This document shows, one piece after another, positions 48,979 through 61,461 of a DNA stretch of 64,000 bases. The translations under genes were made by a program, and so were the position numbers. Position 1 is the first letter of the stretch, and every line of letters starts with the position of its first letter. Below the pieces are notes generated by a model that was given only the letters and a program-made list of their open reading frames with translations, did not search any database and was not told the origin of the DNA. This DNA is from Zootoca vivipara (taxonomy: Eukaryota): NCBI RefSeq assembly GCF_963506605.1, contig NC_083288.1, positions 27,652,001-27,716,000 on the forward strand, in the 5' to 3' direction.

Positions 48979-50728
48979 GGTTGTAATCATTATTGGTTTG
49001 CAAATAGCTACCATAAAAAAATGGGTGAATCTGACCATTTCAGTTCTCACAATTTCTCATTTTTCTTCAGTCTTAAATTCTGTTCTCCACATTTCCACAT
49101 CAATTTGCACTTTTTACCAGAAATCCTGTAAAAATTTATCAAAATATACAATTTTAATATGCAATTTTGTCTCATGTTCATTTTCGGAAAGTAATTTCCC
49201 CATATGTAATGCATTTTGGTATTCTATTTTCAATTATATATGCATTTAAGCACATATTTTAGCTAAGAACATGCATTTTTGTGTACATTACTTGGCTGGT
49301 AAACTGCACTGCAAAATTAACTACAAATTCTGAAGGATGGATGTGTTTCAGATTGTGTATTATTTTGGAAACTGTCAATCATGTACATTTGCCTTTAAAT
49401 GTGAACTGAATTCAATTCTCTCTCATTCCTCACTGCTGTATCTTATAATTGCTTTGCACAGGAACTAGATTCTGATAAGATCTCAAGACAGTTGCTATGC
49501 CTTATTTCTTTGTGCCTTGCAGAGCTCCTCCTCCAGCTTAATATGGTAGTTAGCTGGCAATCCCATGGCAGCATGCTATAATGGGGTTTTACTGACTTCT
49601 GGAAACAAAATATGGATGACACATTGTCAGAAAGCTCAATCCACATCTTCTCAAAGTGAAGGTAAAGTCTACCGGGGTGGGGTTGGGAGACAATTATACT
49701 GCCAATAAGTTTGATTTGTGAAGTGTTCATTTTGGTCATGATTACGTTTGAAAAGAACAGCACTGTGTGAATAGCATTTTGAACATTCTAGAGCCATTCT
49801 ATCGTGGATTATATTTGTATATTTCCAAATTCAGTCCTTCTATAGTTGCCAGAAAAGGGTGACAACCTCTTGTTCACATGAATGCAGTGACATGATGATA
49901 TCCCACCAGATATGTTAATTTATAACTATCTTATTTCTGCTCGTGGACTTCCTAGAGACATTTGTTTGGTCACGAAGGAAAATGGGATGCTGGCCTAGAT
50001 GGACCACTGATCAGCTGAGATTTTCATATGTTCATACATAAGTCTCATAAATTCCAATTTACTGCCTCTGTTCCTGGAATCAGACTAAACAATAATGCTT
50101 TTCAGTAAAATGTCTAAAAGCTACATTGGTTCCAGAAGTGGAGGTGCACAGCTGGAACATCTTTACCATGATATGTGTCTAGTGAAATTTTGTATCTATA
50201 TCATAAAAAATGAAATGACCTTTCTTTCATGAAATATTTGTATGTCGATGATGCACATCATAGGTAAACTTTACAATTAATTGTGATGCATCTCTCCTAT
50301 GATGCTAATGGGTCAATTGTATGACCGCAGGAATCACGTAGGAAGATTATCTGGGCCATTCTTCTTCCAATGTTGCATTCAACATAAGCTCTAGAAAGAC
50401 ATGATCTCTAACAGCATGTGGCCAGTGGCTGTTTAACTTTCCCATCTCTCCATCACATAACAGACGCTTATAATACTGAGCAACAGAATTTTTCATTCTC
50501 TACATGCTAAGTATCCAGGGTTGTTAATAAAGGTTCCAATGAGCTTTCATAAGAGGAACTCACACACAATGCAACTTAACTGGCCATTTGCAATGCAACT
50601 TACCTGGCATCAGTTTGGAGTGGTAACCAAATGTAAACATACGGGGGGGGGGGAGTTGTGAAACTCTCGTTCATTCAATTTTTTTCAACTATTGGCTTTT
50701 TCCGTTTTTTATCTTTTTTAGTTATTGG

Positions 50729-51712
50729 ATGAAGCAACTCATGGAAAAAAGAGAAAATGATAATGAAACAACAGTGACAGAATTTATCCTCCTAGGGTTC
50801 AAGTCATTTCCTGAACTGCAGACTCTATTCTTTATTACATTTTTAGCAATCTACATGGTGACAATGGTTGGAAACCTCCTTATAGCTGCAGTCGTCCTAA
50901 TCAATCATCATCTTCACAAGCCCATGTACTTTTTCCTGGGGAACCTGTCTGTTTTAGACACCTGCTACACCTCAACAATCCTCCCTAGAATCTTGGCTAG
51001 TATTATAAATGACTACCATAGAATTTCCTTTAGTGGGTGTTTCCTCCAGTTCTATTTCTTTGCTTTCTTGGCTGGAGCAGAAAGCTATCTTTTATCTGCA
51101 ATGTCTTATGACAGGTATTTAGCCATATGCAAACCACTACATTATGTGACTCTCATGAACAATAGGTTGTGTGTTCAGTTGTCTCTAGCTTCTTGGGTGA
51201 CTGGCATTGTGGCTAGTGCATTTACAACATTTTTTGCTTCGCAGCTAACCTTTTGTGGCCCCAATGAAATTGACCATTTCTTTTGTGATTATGAACCATT
51301 GTTAATGCTCTCCTGTAGTGAAACTCAGCATACAGAAATTGTGATGTCAGTCTTGGGATCGGCATGCACCATGCCACCAATGATACTGACCTTCGCTTCA
51401 TATGTTTGCATCATCAGCACCATTTTGCAAATCCCTTCAAACAGTGGCAGGAGTAAAGCATTTTCTACCTGCTCCTCTCATCTTATTGTGGTCACCATTT
51501 TCTATGGGACCCTAATCATAGTGTACATATTACCAAAGACTGACACACTGAGGGATCTGAACAAAGTCTTCTCTGTTTTCTACACAATCCTGACTCCCAT
51601 GTTCAATCCCTTCATCTACAGCCTGAGGAACAGAGAGTTCAAGGAAGCCCTTAGGACAACCATCAACCATTTTGTGCCATTGAGTAGAACTCAGGGAATC
51701 CAGCCTCAGTGA
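50729..51712 (+). CDS. Olfactory receptor, OR11/OR6-like (OR-1), intact
   Basis: LHKPMYFFLGNLS, MSYDRYLAICKPLHY, KAFSTCSSHL, PMFNPFIYSLRN; alternative ATG at 50741. Confidence 0.95.
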   Translation: MKQLMEKRENDNETTVTEFILLGFKSFPELQTLFFITFLAIYMVTMVGNLLIAAVVLINHHLHKPMYFFLGNLSVLDTCYTSTILPRILASIINDYHRISFSGCFLQFYFFAFLAGAESYLLSAMSYDRYLAICKPLHYVTLMNNRLCVQLSLASWVTGIVASAFTTFFASQLTFCGPNEIDHFFCDYEPLLMLSCSETQHTEIVMSVLGSACTMPPMILTFASYVCIISTILQIPSNSGRSKAFSTCSSHLIVVTIFYGTLIIVYILPKTDTLRDLNKVFSVFYTILTPMFNPFIYSLRNREFKEALRTTINHFVPLSRTQGIQPQ

Positions 51713-51998
51713 AAAAATAAAAACAAAACACCAGTAGAACTCTTCAGTAGTGATCTGCAGCTTGCAGACCTTTCTTTCTAATAAAAAGACCAATGAAATC
51801 AGCCAAAATATATCCATGCAGCCTAATGAATGGGAATAAACTGGGAGACACTGTACCACTCTAGACTGTAGGCCCAGGATATCACATTTTAATGTTCCAC
51901 TGCATGCATCTCTCCCCCCCCCCTGTCACGTAGAAACAGAAAACAACAACAGGGTGTTGAAGGTGGTTGAACCATATTCACATTTCTTTTAACTTGCA

Positions 51999-52147
51999 GG
52001 GTTGCTGTTTGTTCATTGAGGAACATTCAGTAACGCATCCTTTACCATATCAACCTGAAGATTGGAGGTGTGATGCATTACTGAATGTTCCTCAACGAAC
52101 AAACAGCAACCCATCACACCTCCAATCTTCAGGTTGATATGGTAAAG
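51999..52147. repeat. Interleaved inverted repeats A-B-A'-B'
   Basis: A 51999-52039 / A' 52072-52112 (39/41 match); B 52040-52075 / B' 52112-52147 (36/36 match). Confidence 0.92.
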
Positions 52148-52261
52148 CCTACTGTACCACCTCAGTCTTCCACATTTATTATTATTATTTTATTTGCAGA
52201 TTCATAGGGCCCTTTTAATTTTTTAAAAAATGAAGAATAATTAAAAGAGCATTACACACAC

Positions 52262-52265
<4 letters not shown>

Positions 52266-52316
<51 letters not shown>
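52266..52316. repeat. (AG)n microsatellite
   Basis: Seen directly. Confidence 0.95.
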
Positions 52317-52318
<2 letters not shown>

Positions 52319-54561
52319 AGGGGCTGCTGCCCATTGTCCCTCTGCCAGCCAATCCCTTTGCCAATCCACCTCTCTGCTAACCATTTACACCTGGCGAAAC
52401 CCCTTCCCTTTACACCTCTCCAATCTCTATCCCTATTCCCTCTCCAAGCCCTTTCCTCACCCCTCACAGCTCATTACAACCACTACCCACTTTTAAAGAA
52501 GGGAGGAGGAACTTCAGACAGCAGTTTTCTGAAGAGTCTCTCCCCTCCATTAAATCTCACTGCAACTATGATTAATAAAAAGTGAAAGCCTTCACAGAGC
52601 AGTTTTCTAAAACTCTCTTTGAAGCACCTCCCCCCTGCTAAACCTTGATGCAGCCATGTTTGAGGGGAGGGAAGTGTTTCACTGAACAGTTTACTCTTTG
52701 GCAGCTGGATGAACTGCAACGTGACAGTAGCCTTACCTTTTTATGAATATAGGGAGATATATATATATTCAATAGGTCTTGTTCCTGTAACCAGTGGCAG
52801 AGACAAGCATTTCCTTCCCCTCACTTCAACAAAGGACACTTGACTTTACATATTCTTTTAGGAAGAGAGGATGAAAGCAAAGTCCTTACAGCTGCTCATT
52901 CACACTGGCCATGCTGGTCTTTGCAAATTGTGCTCTTCCAAGGACTGGGGAATAAGTCTGCTTCCAAATTCTACTGCATGCTTAGATTAGGCCTCATGGA
53001 TAATCTTAAACTGCAAGATACAAGCATTGTTTGCTCCAGAGAAGATACAATGGGATTAACAGAACCACCTTGGAGAACCACCACACAGACAATATTTCTC
53101 TACCCATTGCTCTCTTTCTCATCTACATAATTGAAATAAACAATATATTTTGAGAGAGTGTCCTTTGCACTGGACAAGATGACATCAGAATTTATTTGTC
53201 CAAGTTATTGGATTATACCATCTCACCCTTCTAGATCCCCTACTTCATTTTTCATTTCGTTTTGTTTCAGATCATGAACCTGATGGAGTGGATGCTGTTA
53301 TTTGGCACAACCTTAGATTTGTAGCAATCTCCTTCCAGCAAATGGCAATGGGCTCAGACCTCAGGGGAATTTCAGGATTCAACCCATGGAACTGTATGAG
53401 AGAACTCATGCAGCAGATAGATTCCTCCACTGACCTCCATTCCTCATCACCATGCAGAGCAACTTCTCAATGGATATCTTTCTCATTAAGGTTTACATAT
53501 AATCCGTGTTGGATAAACAAAAGACATAGATGAGAGGGGGAGCCTGGGGTTGTACTCCATCCGATCGAACCACCTTCTCAATGAAGGGAATCCAGAGCTA
53601 GAGCATCACCAGCAAATTGCTGTACAGACTATTAGAAGATCCCCAGTGCTTGAGATCCCCCTCCCTTTCCCTAGGCAGTTCTTTTCATTGTTGAACTGTC
53701 CTCTCCTCTGGTAGGCAGCAGAGACCAAAGATTTTCATTCTACTATGGGGAGGAAGAGAATTTTCATGTGGTAATGAAAGAAGAGATAACAAAACATGTC
53801 TGGGGTGGTTCAGAAACATACACAGAATCACATATCACACATACATATCACACATTGTGTATCCCTTCTGGTGGAACAGCTTCTTACCAGTCTGTAACTG
53901 TGTTGTTTTAAGGGGGGAAATGGGATGGCATTGGATGTTGTGTTGAATTCATTGGAGAGGTATAAATGCATTCATTCATTCAGTCTAGCAAAAGTTTTTA
54001 CAAAAGATAAAATACATTAAATAGAATGAAAACAAAATAAAATGCATTATACAGTTAAAATAATTATTAAAACCAGACATTCTGACAGATAGAGTGTGCT
54101 CCCCTGAAGAATTGCCACATTCCCCTTTAAAAACATCCAAGCCAGTGTCCATCACTATTGCCTCTTGAATCTAATTCTAGACATTGTGAAATGTTGTTGT
54201 TTTTCTTGTTGCTCTTGTTCTTGTTATTTAGTAGCAGTAGCAATTAGATTTCTTAACCAGCCCCCCACCATAAGGTCCCAAGACTGGCTACAACAATATA
54301 AAAGAGATTAAACAATTATACTTGTGTGCTGAGTCTGTTGCCATCAATTCTATTCTGTGACCTCATGAGCTAGGTTGGGGTTTATTTTAGCTCTCATTTA
54401 GATTTCCAACTTTTATTCATTTTACCCACTGACATGTTTTCATTGGAGAATTTAATGTGCCTTTTCTATAAGACTGCATTCCAATCTATAGAGGGGAAGA
54501 GGCAAGAAAGCTTTGCTACCAATTTTAGAAGAAATATTCCATCACAAGGTCCCCTTTGTCC

Positions 54562-55442
54562 TTATAATGCATGCCCAGCTGCATAGTCCCCCCACCCAGC
54601 ACACCTAGGGGGGTAAATGAATGGACACAACAACCGTCTGGGATTTAAAATGGCCACAACTTTATTGATTTCAGATGTGAGAAGCCTTGGCATAGGCATT
54701 GAGCATATATTTCCTCTCAGCCACCTGTTGGGGAACTGAGGAATGGCAGGGTCTATTCGAGGGTGGGTCCATTGCAAAGCGCAGGTTTACGCAGATGGGC
54801 CCCCAAATGCTGAGGGAAGCTCTATGGCCCACTGGCCCTAAGCAACTGGCTCTTTGGTCAGAGATTTCCCTCCAAACCCCTCTAACCGGTTACCCTGTTA
54901 TCGCCCCCAGTGAGACCAGGGGGGTGGGTGAGTCACTACTTCACCACACCCCGATTGGATGAAAACCATAAGATTCTGCCCAAGGCCTAAAACACCAAGT
55001 TGTGACTAGTGCTGAAGGGAAGGCGAAACCTGCAGCGCAGGGGAAATTCCTTCCCGGCCCCGAATACAGCAACCATCATAAGACCAAAGCAAAGCCCTCC
55101 TAGCTGTAAGGAAAAAAGGTTAAAGCAGCAAGAATTAATGTGAGGAGGGAAAGGGTGAGTGACCTGTCCAGCCGACTGGATGAAGAGCACAGTGTTGGCT
55201 GGGATATATATCTGGGGGCGGAGGTGGACCTGAGTGAAGCCTGCTCAACTCAGGTCCGCTCACCAAACCACATCCCCCCTAGGCCACTGCAGATTGGCCC
55301 GATTTGAAAACTGGTTTTGGCAGGAATCCGTGAGCCTTCGTGGTGGCCGAGGAGAATGTACATAGCCCAAATGGTGTGGTGTGTCTGCATAGGAGGTACA
55401 GCATCGGGCTGCAAACGTTGCTCACCAGCAAGGCAAGTAAGT
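54562..55442 (-). mobile_element. LTR-like unit inserted upstream of OR-2
   Basis: ggccacaactttattg polyA motif; TATA- and CCAAT-like motifs on the minus strand; absent at the paralogous site upstream of OR-3 (about 60257). Confidence 0.65.
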
Positions 55443-56812
55443 GTTCATTATCTGAAACAAGCTAAAGACTTAATTTGGAACTCCCTGTGGCAGTTTTGCC
55501 CAGAGAATTTACATCATCTCAGAGGAAAAATAAAGAACTGCAAGATGTAGTTAGAGAAAATAGGCTAGAATGTATTGTACAGGCCTTTATTATAGTCATG
55601 TTTTGTTCTAGGAAAGAAATGGAAAAGTACCATAGTATCTATATCTAGGTGTCCTGCTACTTTGAAAGAAGAGGTCAAAGCACTGATGGGGAGAGCATGC
55701 TTAGAGTTACAAAGGTCTGTGTGTGTAAGAGTGAAACAAGGGGGCAGTTCTAGGGATATTACAAAATCATCAGATGGAGTGATGGTGCCTGTCAGGACCT
55801 GCTGCAGATATTCTAGTGATTTTATAGCACGGTGATGGAGCTCTGGCGATATTATTAGCAGGAATGATAAGGAAGAGATCCTTTATGGAACTAAAATAAT
55901 TGAAAATATGTTCTCAGGGAAAGGGACTTAGGGTAAACCAGTTGAAATAAAAGACCTATGATAGTCCTCTATCAGTCATGTCAATGAATTAGAACTAGCA
56001 TTGGCTATAAATCATGTATGCAGACTTTCCAATATTCAGTCCCCAAGTAATAGGACTTCATGTGATACAGCAGAGAAAGCTTGTCTTCCTGAGGTCCTCA
56101 AGAGCTCAAATCCTCAATCAGAATGGACTGGGCTGATCAGCGGTCTAAGGCAACTTGTTATTAGTTTTCTTGTGATGTAATGTGCTTTAGGTGTCCAAGG
56201 CTGTGATCTGGAATACATCAAGGCTTTCTCGCCTTATGCTTGTTTTTGGTTTTGCACATGAACTAGTCTCATGAAACTTGTGGCAGTTGCTGATCTTTCC
56301 TAGGGTTTATTTGAACCTTACATAGCAGAGCTTCTTTCAACTGCAATATTCCACCAGATAGTACACCTCAATAAAGTTGTAGACTTCTGTAAGCAAATGA
56401 ACAAAGGCATATTTTCTGGAGGCTCAGTTCTCACCTCCCTGAAACAAAGGTAAACATTTCTCTATATTAATGGTCAAAGCTGTTGCTAAGATCTGTAATC
56501 TGCCAAACATTCATTTCAGTTTTCAGTTTTTAAAGTATGTGAACATGGCAGGATTGTAGGAATTGTAGGTTGGGGAGCTGATAGTCAAACATTCCCCAAG
56601 CTGCTATGAACTACATTTGTACTATGAACTTTGACTTGATTTGTGACACTCTTGCCAAAAAAGCTGCACCACAACTGCCTTACATGTGTGTATTAACATA
56701 ACCAAATGCTATCATGTATTTTCATATATGCTAATTCTTCCCCCATTTTTTTAAAAACAAAGATAAAACAACTACTGTACATGCTCCTAGAATAGTATAC
56801 AACAATTGTGAC

Positions 56813-56814
<2 letters not shown>

Positions 56815-56869
<55 letters not shown>

Positions 56870-56898
56870 CCTCCCTCCCTCCCTCCCTCCCTCCCTCC
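56815..56898. repeat. (CT)n(CCCT)n microsatellite
   Basis: Seen directly. Confidence 0.95.
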
Positions 56899-57145
56899 TT
56901 CTGTATTTTCCTGTGTCTCTTAAGGTTTTATGTTCAAATTCAGCTCATCTGTTTCTGAAAATAAACTGAACAGAACCCTTTACAGTAAAATGAATGTGAA
57001 TTGAAATTTTGGACCAGTTTAGCATTTTTAACAAACTATTTTGCGGATAGAAAGATTATATATTTATAAATAGGTGGCACTCATATAGCATTGGCAATTG
57101 TGGTTTCTGTTTCAATAATTATTTAGTTGTTGAATGGAATAATTC

Positions 57146-58108
57146 ATGGCAAAAGAAGAAATAGTAAATAAAACGGAGGTGACAGAATTTATCCTCTTAG
57201 GATTCAAGACGCTTCCTGAATGGCAGGCTCTCCTCCTTGTTATATTTTTAGCAATCTACATAGTGACAATGCTTGGAAATATTCTTATAACTGCAATAGT
57301 CCTAACCAATAATCATCTTCACAAGCCTATGTACTTTTTCCTGGGAAATTTGTCTGTTTTAGAGATCTGCTACACCTCAACAATCCTCCCTAGAATCTTG
57401 GTAAGTTTTATGAGTGGCTATCATGGGATTTCCTTTAGCGGGTGTTTCCTTCAGCTCTATTTCTTTGGTTCTTTTGCTTGCACTGAGTGTTATCTCTTAT
57501 CAGTGATGTCTTATGACAGGTATGTAGCAATATGTAAACCACTGCATTATGTTGCTATCATGAAGAGTAAGTTATGTGTTCAACTATCCTCTGCTCCTTG
57601 GATACTTGGTGCTGTGCTTCCTGCATTTACAACCTTCCTTGCATCTCAGCTGAAATTTTGTGGCCCCAACGTAATTGACCATTTCTTTTGTGATTACACA
57701 CCATTGTTAATGCTCTCATGTAGCGATACCCGACAGGCAGAAGCACTGATGTCAGTCCTGGGATCGTCATGCATCATGCCACCATTGATCCTGACCTTTA
57801 CTTCCTACATTTGCATAATCTGTACCATTTTGAAAATCCCTTCAATCAGTGGCAAGAAGAAAGCATTTTCTACCTGCTCCTCTCATCTTATCGTAGTCAC
57901 CATTTTCTATGGGACCCTAACTATGGTGTACATGTTACCAAACACTGACACACTGAGGGATCTGAATAAAATCTTTTCTCTTTGTTACACCATCCTGATT
58001 CCCATGTTCAATCCCTTCATCTACAGCCTGAGGAACAGAGCATTTAAGGACATTGTTAGAGAAGTCTTCAGCAAACTTGTACCTATGAGAAGAATTCAAG
58101 GAATCTAA
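57146..58108 (+). CDS. Olfactory receptor, OR11/OR6-like (OR-2), intact, 320 aa
   Basis: Same OR motifs; close paralog of OR-1 and OR-3. Confidence 0.95.
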   Translation: MAKEEIVNKTEVTEFILLGFKTLPEWQALLLVIFLAIYIVTMLGNILITAIVLTNNHLHKPMYFFLGNLSVLEICYTSTILPRILVSFMSGYHGISFSGCFLQLYFFGSFACTECYLLSVMSYDRYVAICKPLHYVAIMKSKLCVQLSSAPWILGAVLPAFTTFLASQLKFCGPNVIDHFFCDYTPLLMLSCSDTRQAEALMSVLGSSCIMPPLILTFTSYICIICTILKIPSISGKKKAFSTCSSHLIVVTIFYGTLTMVYMLPNTDTLRDLNKIFSLCYTILIPMFNPFIYSLRNRAFKDIVREVFSKLVPMRRIQGI

Positions 58109-58302
58109 ATGCAGTAGAACTAAATGCTTTTGTAATGATGTAAGCGGCAACCCCCAACCACTTTCCTTTTGAGAAGACCAGCTGAAATCAATAGAAGCAC
58201 TTTTGCGTATGTAATTTGTGACTTGTAATTTAATGAAAATGGAAATATAATTACAGAAAGAAATGCAATTGACTTAAAAAAGGAAAGAATGTCCATATAT
58301 TT

Positions 58303-58441
58303 GCATAGAATCATAGAGTTGGAAGGGACCACAAGTCAGATACTCCAATGGCTTGCAATACAGGAATCTTATGCCCAGTCTGGGGCTTGAACTCATGACC
58401 CTGAGATTGAGAGTTTCATGCCCTACCAGTTGAGCAATATG
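58303..58441 (-). mobile_element. tRNA-Lys-derived SINE with CR1-type tail
   Basis: Minus strand gctcaactggtagggcatgaaactctcaatctcagggtcatgagttcaagcccc (tRNA-Lys-like), ending in ggtcccttccaactctatgattctatg. Confidence 0.75.
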
Positions 58442-58552
58442 GCACTTAGAAGGGTGGAAGGATTTTTAAAAACTAGTAGCATTGTACCCTTAGAAAATAA
58501 ATGCAAAAAACACTCAATGTCCCATCAAATTCTCTCCCCAAATGCTCCCAGG

Positions 58553-58990
58553 GGCACTTGCGTGGCCCTAGCCCTTTGACAGGGGTTCAGACAAGAGCAT
58601 GGCGAGCCCTTGGATTCCTTTAATGGAATACTCTTGCAGCAGCAGCATTGGAGGGGCAGGCAGAGTCAACCATGCCCCCTCCACCAACCAAATTTAACCA
58701 ATGCCTAACCGCAACCTTACAAGTTGTGACGATTTTGCTATGCAGTAGGCAAAAAAAACCAAATGGCACCGGCCAATCAGCCAAATGGGCGGGTGATCCG
58801 ATGCATGCAGCGGAAAGAGGCAGCTCAACGCTGCATGCAGGGAATAAATATCCCCTTGGCCGTCAATCATAAATTGCAACATCAAATTCTCCCCAACGAC
58901 CAAGAGGTCCCCCAATAAGATTCGTGGACATCCAAACTAATCCGCCCAGCAACAGAGGTATGTCTTGTTTGCCCCCACCGCAACACGTGC
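58553..58990 (-). mobile_element. Partial LTR-like unit (39515/46842 family)
   Basis: gcctaaccgcaaccttacaagttgtgacg...ccaatcagccaa shared with that family. Confidence 0.6.
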
Positions 58991-59237
58991 TCTCCATGAA
59001 GGAGAACACACTTTGTATGGAATTGCTCCAATGGATCAGTTCAAGAACTGATATTTAACCTTGCTGGAACAGGGCACTCTGTGTTCTTTTTCAGGCTGCA
59101 CATTGCTGTAGTAGTTAGTATGGTGGCCAGATGATATTACAATAATTCCAAGAAAGGAGAAGCTTAATGAAGGTAGTCTCTCAAGAGAGCTGATGGGAAT
59201 GGCCCAGCTTTCTATCTCTCCCTTTGTGTTAGCTATA

Positions 59238-59479
59238 CAGTGGTACCTCTGGTTAAGACCTTAATTTGTTCTGGAGGTCCGTTCTTAACCTGAAACTGTT
59301 CTTAACCTGAAGCACCACTTTAGCTAATGGGGCCTCCTGCTGCCGCCAAGCTGCCGCCACACAATTTCTGTTCTCATCCTGAAGCAAAGTTCTTAACCTG
59401 AGGTACTATTTTTGGGTTAGCGGAGTCTGTAACCTGAAGCGTTTGTAACCTGAAGCATTTGTAACCTGAGGTACCACTG
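59238..59479. mobile_element. Tc1/mariner-type MITE
   Basis: cagtggtacctc...gaggtaccactg; TA TSD; internal taacctgaag repeats. Confidence 0.82.
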
Positions 59480-59619
59480 TATTATTTTAAGGTTTTTTTC
59501 TGCGACCATTTCTGTATTTTTGTGTGTGGAGGAGGTGTTTAGTTTTGTAATTTGATGTTCAACTGCCTGCAATGCAAGAATCTTTCACCCAATGTGAAAG
59601 CCAATCTTTCACCCTTCCC

Positions 59620-59935
59620 AATAGACGGCACACTATCTTTTTCATTAATGAACACTCATACTTTACATTGTGGGTGCCCTTTGCTGGATCACGCATGGCG
59701 CTACAGTTCCCAGGGAGCTTACTGGCAAACGGGCCTCTCAGTGTTAATTTTTGGAGGTTCAGGCCCAGCCTCAGTAATCAAGTTTTTTCTGGGAAGTTTA
59801 ATAAAGTTACATTGGGAAGTTTAATAAAGTTACATTGGGAAGTTTAATAAAGTTGTGGCCTAATTTTAATTCCATATAATGTTGTCAGAGTCTTTATTCC
59901 TTCATTTTTAATCCCTGGGGGCTGGGGCTGTCGCC
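59620..59935 (+). mobile_element. Partial LTR-like unit with a triplicated polyA segment
   Basis: aataaagttgtggcc motif; 23-bp unit tgggaagtttaataaagttacat repeated about 2.8 times. Confidence 0.5.
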
Positions 59936-60563
59936 ACCTGGTCACGCAAGGTTTGTGTTATGTCGAACCAATACATAGCAGTTTGCATGAAATTAATGTT
60001 GGATAAAAAAAAGATATTCAGATATGGAGTGGGTTGCAGAATCAAAGAGGCTGACCAGTCCGAGGCAGGAGGCAGTTGGAGGCTGAGGACCTGCTCAATT
60101 AAAAAAGTCATATCTACAGCACCATACCAGATGCTGCAATCTTTCGAATTGACGTTTCCTCTTTGTGGAATTTCATGTGTGTTTACCATAATGCTTATTT
60201 CTATTCTATAGAGGGGAGGAGGCATAAATTTATCCCACTGAAAGGTCCCCTTTGCCCTTTTGTTATGTGAAATCAGCATCAGCTTGGAACTCCCTGTGGC
60301 TGAATTGCCCAGGGAATTTACATTGTGTTAGAGAAAATATATATATAAATGCATGATAGGATCAAACTAAATAGGCCGGAATGCTGCGCACAAACCTGTA
60401 TTGTAGACAGATGTTTTGTTTGAGGAAATGGAGAAGTGCGATAGGATCTATATGCTGCTGTTCTGATATTTTGAAAGAGGTCAAAGCAGTGATTTGGAGA
60501 GCATGTTTCAAGGTAAAAAGGTCTCTGCAAATCAATGTAGAAGATGGGGGGGCAGTTTCAGCG

Positions 60564-60568
<5 letters not shown>

Positions 60569-60621
<53 letters not shown>

Positions 60622-60634
60622 ATATATATATATA
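60569..60634. repeat. (TG)n(TA)n microsatellite
   Basis: Seen directly. Confidence 0.95.
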
Positions 60635-61461
60635 TCAGACGGAGTGTTGACCTCTCCTCTCTCAGGACCTGCTACACATTTTGTATTGAATTTGTAGCAC
60701 AGTGATGGGTCTAGCAGGAGTGATGGTGAAGAGATATTTTATGGAACTGGTTAGATAAATATGTTCTGAGGGTCCTCATTCACTATGAGGCAAGGGATAT
60801 AGGGCTGCATCCGACTACGTTCTACTCAGAGTATGCTCATTGTAATTAAGGATCTAACTTATTCATGGCCTTATGTTTGTGTATCAACATAACCAATCTA
60901 TTAAGATTTTAGGTTCAGATCATTTATATCTGGGAATAGACCGGGGGGGGGACTATTTCCAGTAAGATGGATATGAATTAGTAATAGCAACCAAAATGAT
61001 GACTTCAGGAGCTCTTCACAGTCCTTTGGCTAAAAAAAATTAGAGATTATATAGGGCGTTGGCCTTCTAATGTCATCAGATGCAAGTGCTAGAAAGAAGT
61101 GAATTAAGTAACACAAAACATATTGTGAGTGATAGAATTTATTTTCTGCCAATGGCAGTTTATGTTTCCCATCTCTTCTGAGATATGTTTTGAGTTTGTT
61201 CAACATTGTCATTCATTCTACATTAACTTAGTCTCCATATTTTTAAAAGGAATTGTTAATCCAGGATACAGACATAGAATATTTATAATAATTTGGTTAG
61301 CTTTCATAGCTACATCACTAAGAAGTTATATACTATGTGACTTATCTAGAGGGTGTTTGTTGGTTGATAGATAGATGTATTCTATTCATGGAGTTAAGCA
61401 GATGGCACTCAGAAAATGTTTAAATCTGTGCTTTCTGTTCCAGCTCTTATTTAGTCTCAGA

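Noticed and set aside
58370-58441. tRNA-Lys gene
   Set aside because: Degenerate stems and anticodon, and attached to a CR1-type tail, so it is a SINE.
61375-61461. 29-aa N-terminal extension of OR-3
   Set aside because: It spans a splice acceptor at 61443, and the paralogs start at the position of ATG 61462.
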